Origin: an uncultured Verrucomicrobiae bacterium
Lineage (GTDB): Bacteria > Verrucomicrobiota > Verrucomicrobiia > Chthoniobacterales > Chthoniobacteraceae
Assembly: GCA_963769025.1 (NCBI GenBank)
Contig: CAVYKI010000004.1
Location: forward strand, 76,984-140,983
Direction of reading: 5' to 3'
Length of the DNA: 64,000 nucleotides
Shown here: positions 60,735 to 64,000 of the stretch, one piece after another
Layout of the letters: every line of letters starts with the position of its first letter
How positions within the stretch are numbered: the stretch's first letter is position 1
Notes under the pieces: generated by a model
Told to the model about the DNA's origin: nothing
Databases searched by the model: none
The model's input: only the letters and a program-made list of their open reading frames with translations
Program-made: the position numbers and the translations under genes

Positions 60735-61163
60735 TTGGATGGATGGTTTCGGGGGTTGTCTATTTCTGTGTTAGCGATGGTTCAGGCTGGGAGACTTCGC
60801 GCTGCCACCGCCGCAGCGAGAAGGGAAGGGGGTGAAGGAGGTTCATGGAGGCGGCAAGTCGTGGGCCGCACCGCACCGGCGCAGACGATGGCTTGGAAAA
60901 AGCCCGCCCCGGTGAATCCGTAAAATGCCACCGCGGTGCCTCAGCGGAACTCGCGCACTACCCCGGGAGAACCCGGCCCACCGCGCAAGCCCCGGCAATT
61001 CGCCAGAGAAGAAATCTTAAGAAGACGGGCGGGAGAATGTCGCCTTCGCGTCACGTAACAAGATCAATAAGGAGTTAATTTCAGGCATGCTTGTGCGTGT
61101 GCTCTTCGAAAGGGCCCGGCGAGCCGTTGCTGCCGTTGCAGGAGCGGTGCATCTTGGAGGTCG

Positions 61164-61371
61164 TGGAGCGCGGCGGCTTGACGCCGCTCAGGCCTCGGGC
61201 GGGCACGTGCGGCCCAAAAAGCAGAGTAGCTCTCCAGAGCTGCGACGCACTTGTTTGCGGAGGGAAGAAGATCGCAGTTCTCAAGAGCTGCGCTACGGGC
61301 ACGCGGCAGGGCGCGACAATTCGCACGCTCGGCGATGCGAAGGAAAAGCGGCGTCAACCCGCCGCCTCCCA
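61164..61371. repeat. Degenerate REP-like inverted doublet (family A)
   Basis: TGGAGCGCGGCGGCTTGACGCCGCT ... AAAGCGGCGTCAACCCGCCGCCTCCCA, related to 7871/7981. Confidence 0.7.
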
Positions 61372-61480
61372 AAAGGCTTGAGCCAATCCCACCGGGAAAA
61401 AAACCAATGCGGACGTCGCAGGCGTTTCGCGGCTCTTGCGAAAAGGTTTCGGGCGTGCTGTTGTGCCAGCCCATTTTCCC

Positions 61481-62469
61481 ATGAAACCACCAATCCGCAT
61501 CGCAGTCACCGGCGCCGCCGGCCAAATCGGCTATTCACTCCTGTCCCGCATCGCGTCCGGCGCGATCTTCGGGCCGCATCAGCCGGTCATTCTGCACCTC
61601 ATCGAAATCGAGCCCGCGCTGCCGGCGCTCGGCGGCGTGGTGATGGAACTCGATGACTGCGCGTTTCCGCTGCTGAAGGGAATCGTGGCGACGGCGGATC
61701 TGAATGAAGGATTCCGCGGCGTGAACTGGCGATGCTCGTCGGCAGCGTGCCGCGCAAGCAGGGCATGGAGCGCAAGGATCTGCTCGGCATCAACGGCAAG
61801 ATTTTCATCGGCCAGGGCAAGGCCATCCAGGCGAATGCGGCGAAGGACGTGCGCGTCCTCGTGGTCGGAAATCCGTGCAACACGAATTGCCTGATCGCGA
61901 TGAACAACGCGAAGGACGTGCCGGCGGACCGCTGGTTTGCGATGACGCGCCTCGACGAGAACCGCGCGAAGACGCAGCTCGCGAAGAAGGCGGGCGTGGA
62001 CGTGACCGAGGTGACGAACCTCGCCATCTGGGGCAACCACAGCTCGACGATGTATCCCGATTTCTACAACACGCGCATCGACGGCAAGCTCGTGCCGGAC
62101 GTGATCAAGGACGAGGCGTGGCTGAAGGGCGAATTCATCACCACCGTGCAGCAGCGCGGCGCGGCGATCATCAAGGCGCGCGGCCTGAGCAGCGCCGCGA
62201 GCGCGGCCAATGCGGCGGTCGACACGGTGCGCACGTTGCTCGCGCCTTCGGCGGCGAACGAATGGAACAGCGTGGCGGTCTGCTCGCGCGGCGACTACGG
62301 CATCGAGAAGGGCCTCATCTGCAGCTTCCCGATCCGCGTGCCTGCGGCCGGCCAGTGGGAGATCGTGCAAGGCGTGCCGGTGAATGACTTCAGCCGCTCG
62401 AAGATCGACGCGACGGTGAAGGAGTTGCAGGAGGAGAAGGCGCTCGTCTCGGAATTGCTTCCCGCATAG
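61481..62469 (+). CDS. mdh: Malate dehydrogenase, frameshift near 61730
   Basis: [21 protein letters not shown] / [31 protein letters not shown]. Confidence 0.95.
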
Positions 62470-63454
62470 TTGCCGCCTCGCGCCGCCGCTGTCCAACGTC
62501 CCGTTGGATTGGGCATTGGCGCTGTTGGCGAGGTTTCTGTCGGCTGCGCAGTTGCAGCATCTGCGATGGTGGTTCCGGCAGGAACGCCCGCGCCGCGCTT
62601 GGATCGTGCCCGGACTTGTTGCCCTCCGGCTTACGGTGGGACGAGTGCCGCGGTGCCTCGCCGTCCGGCGTGTCCGGCAGGTGTACCGGTATTTTTTCAG
62701 GAAATAATCCACGACCTCCCGGTTGTGGTGCGGCTTGTTCAGCTTGCGAAGCAGCTCGCGCTCGTCGGGCTCCACGCGCCAGCCGCGGATGACGGGCTTG
62801 ATGTGCGGCTTGATGGTGTCGCGCACGGTCGCGGAAAACGACGTGGGTCGTCCGCCGTCCGGCGCATGCATCCAAAGCGTGAGATAGCCTTCCGCGTAAT
62901 CGGAGCCGGTGTCGTGGGACGTGTAGCGGAACGTGAGGCTGCGCGGCCAGTCGTCCTCGAGCAGGTGCGAGTGGAAGGAATGCCACGAGGATTCCCTGCG
63001 GGCTGAAATTGCGGCCGTTGAATTCGAGCGCGCCATTGCGCCAGCACAGTTCGACTACGCCGACTTCGATGTGGCCGTCGCGTTGCCGGACGATGTCCAC
63101 CCAGTCGTCGCAGGCCTGCTTTCGGAGGAGATTGTAGCGGGAGATCGACGCCGTGGTGATTTTGGCTATGAGCAGCCCGGCTGCGATGATGCCGACCCCG
63201 GCCTGGATGCACGCGAAGAGGCGCGTAGCCCAAGCGGCTGTAAGTCGCCGTAGCCGATAGTGGATTGGGTGACGATCGAGAAGTAGATGTAGTCATACCA
63301 ATGCCTCGCGGCTTCGGACATGGGAGAGGTGAGCCCGTGGCCCGGCCAGCACGCCGTAGATGATCGCGAACAGGAGATTGGCCCCCATGTTCACCGCGAG
63401 GATCGCCCAGAACGAGACGCGGTCGAGCAGCAGCGGTGAGGTGCCGAGCGCCAT
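62470..63454 (-). CDS. Potassium-channel-family (two-TM pore) protein, several frameshifts; 3' end uncertain
   Basis: TM helix, then YDYIYFSIVTQSTIGYGDLQPLG selectivity filter near 63230-63300, second TM. Confidence 0.7.
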
Positions 63455-63461
63455 GGCGCGG

Positions 63462-64000
63462 CTACTTCAGCGTCTGGAGATACTTCAGGGTCTGCGGGAT
63501 TTGCTTCTCCGCATCGGGATGCTCGTCCTCGATGAAGTAGTGCTTCACGCCGGCCCTCGCCGCGGCGCTCAGGACCGCGGGCCAGTTGCCCGGGCCGGTG
63601 CCGAGCGCGACGCTCTGCTCATTCGGCGCGTGGCCGGTGTAAACGCCGGTCCGCGCGCCTTTCGCGATGTCTTTCAGGTGCATGAGCTGCCAGCGGCCCG
63701 GATACTTGCTGAGCAATTTCACCGGGTCCGCGCCGGGGTGCGCGACCCAGAAAACGTCCATCTCGAAGCCGACGAATTTCGGGTCCGTCTTTTCCATGAG
63801 CACGTCGAGGAACGTTTGTCGGAGCCTTCGGCGACGGGCTTAAATTCGTAGCCGTGGTTGTGGTAGGCGAAGGTGATTCCCTCCTTGGCAAAGGCCTCGC
63901 CCGTTGAAGTCCGCGGCGGCCTTTTCCGTGCTCTCCATCCCGAACATCGCCGGCACGTGCGGAATCCACGGGCACGCGACGTATTTCAGCCCGAGCGCCT
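63462..64000 (-). CDS. Sugar phosphate isomerase/epimerase (AP endonuclease 2 TIM barrel), partial and frameshifted
   Basis: FAYHNHGYEF, FEMDVFW, MHLKD, YFIEDE. Confidence 0.85.

Noticed and set aside
61060..61085. Second attI-like site (TCAATAAGGAGTTAATT)
   Set aside because: Resembles the 33939-33960 motif, but the core is not GTTRRRY and no cassette or attC follows
60735..61480. Sigma-54 promoter or riboswitch upstream of the PEP-CTERM gene or mdh
   Set aside because: No correctly spaced TGGC-N-TTGC and no riboswitch consensus that I could recognise

Overview
High-GC bacterial chromosome segment. Gene content (PEP-CTERM protein, secDF-yajC, MoxR/vWA operon, many secreted glycan-active enzymes) suggests Verrucomicrobiota, possibly Chthoniobacterales-like; this is inference. 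Most of the window is housekeeping or accessory metabolism: secDF/yajC, tRNA-Ser(GCT), queG, aroK, a sugar kinase-MurQ fusion, purE/purK, tsaC, murJ, mtnP, yggS, mdh. About 12 genes, including core ones, carry small frameshifts that look like long-read indel errors. The main find is at 30.8-34.0 kb: a minus-strand integron-type cassette array with no integrase in view (attI-like site, SnoaL/NTF2 cassette, attC, zeta-toxin-like cassette). Its attC is split exactly at a duplicated CTG core by an IS1111-group IS110 element. That element has subterminal inverted repeats at 7/3-nt offsets and a ~436-nt structured downstream non-coding region with short matches to its own end and to the attC target, making it a candidate bridge/seekRNA. 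A second IS110 remnant truncates the array. Nearby are two candidate nucleoid/xenogeneic-silencer proteins (coiled coil plus duplicated DNA-binding module). Also present are an orphan FlhG-like/ExeA-like/Zn-ribbon module and four REP-like palindrome families.
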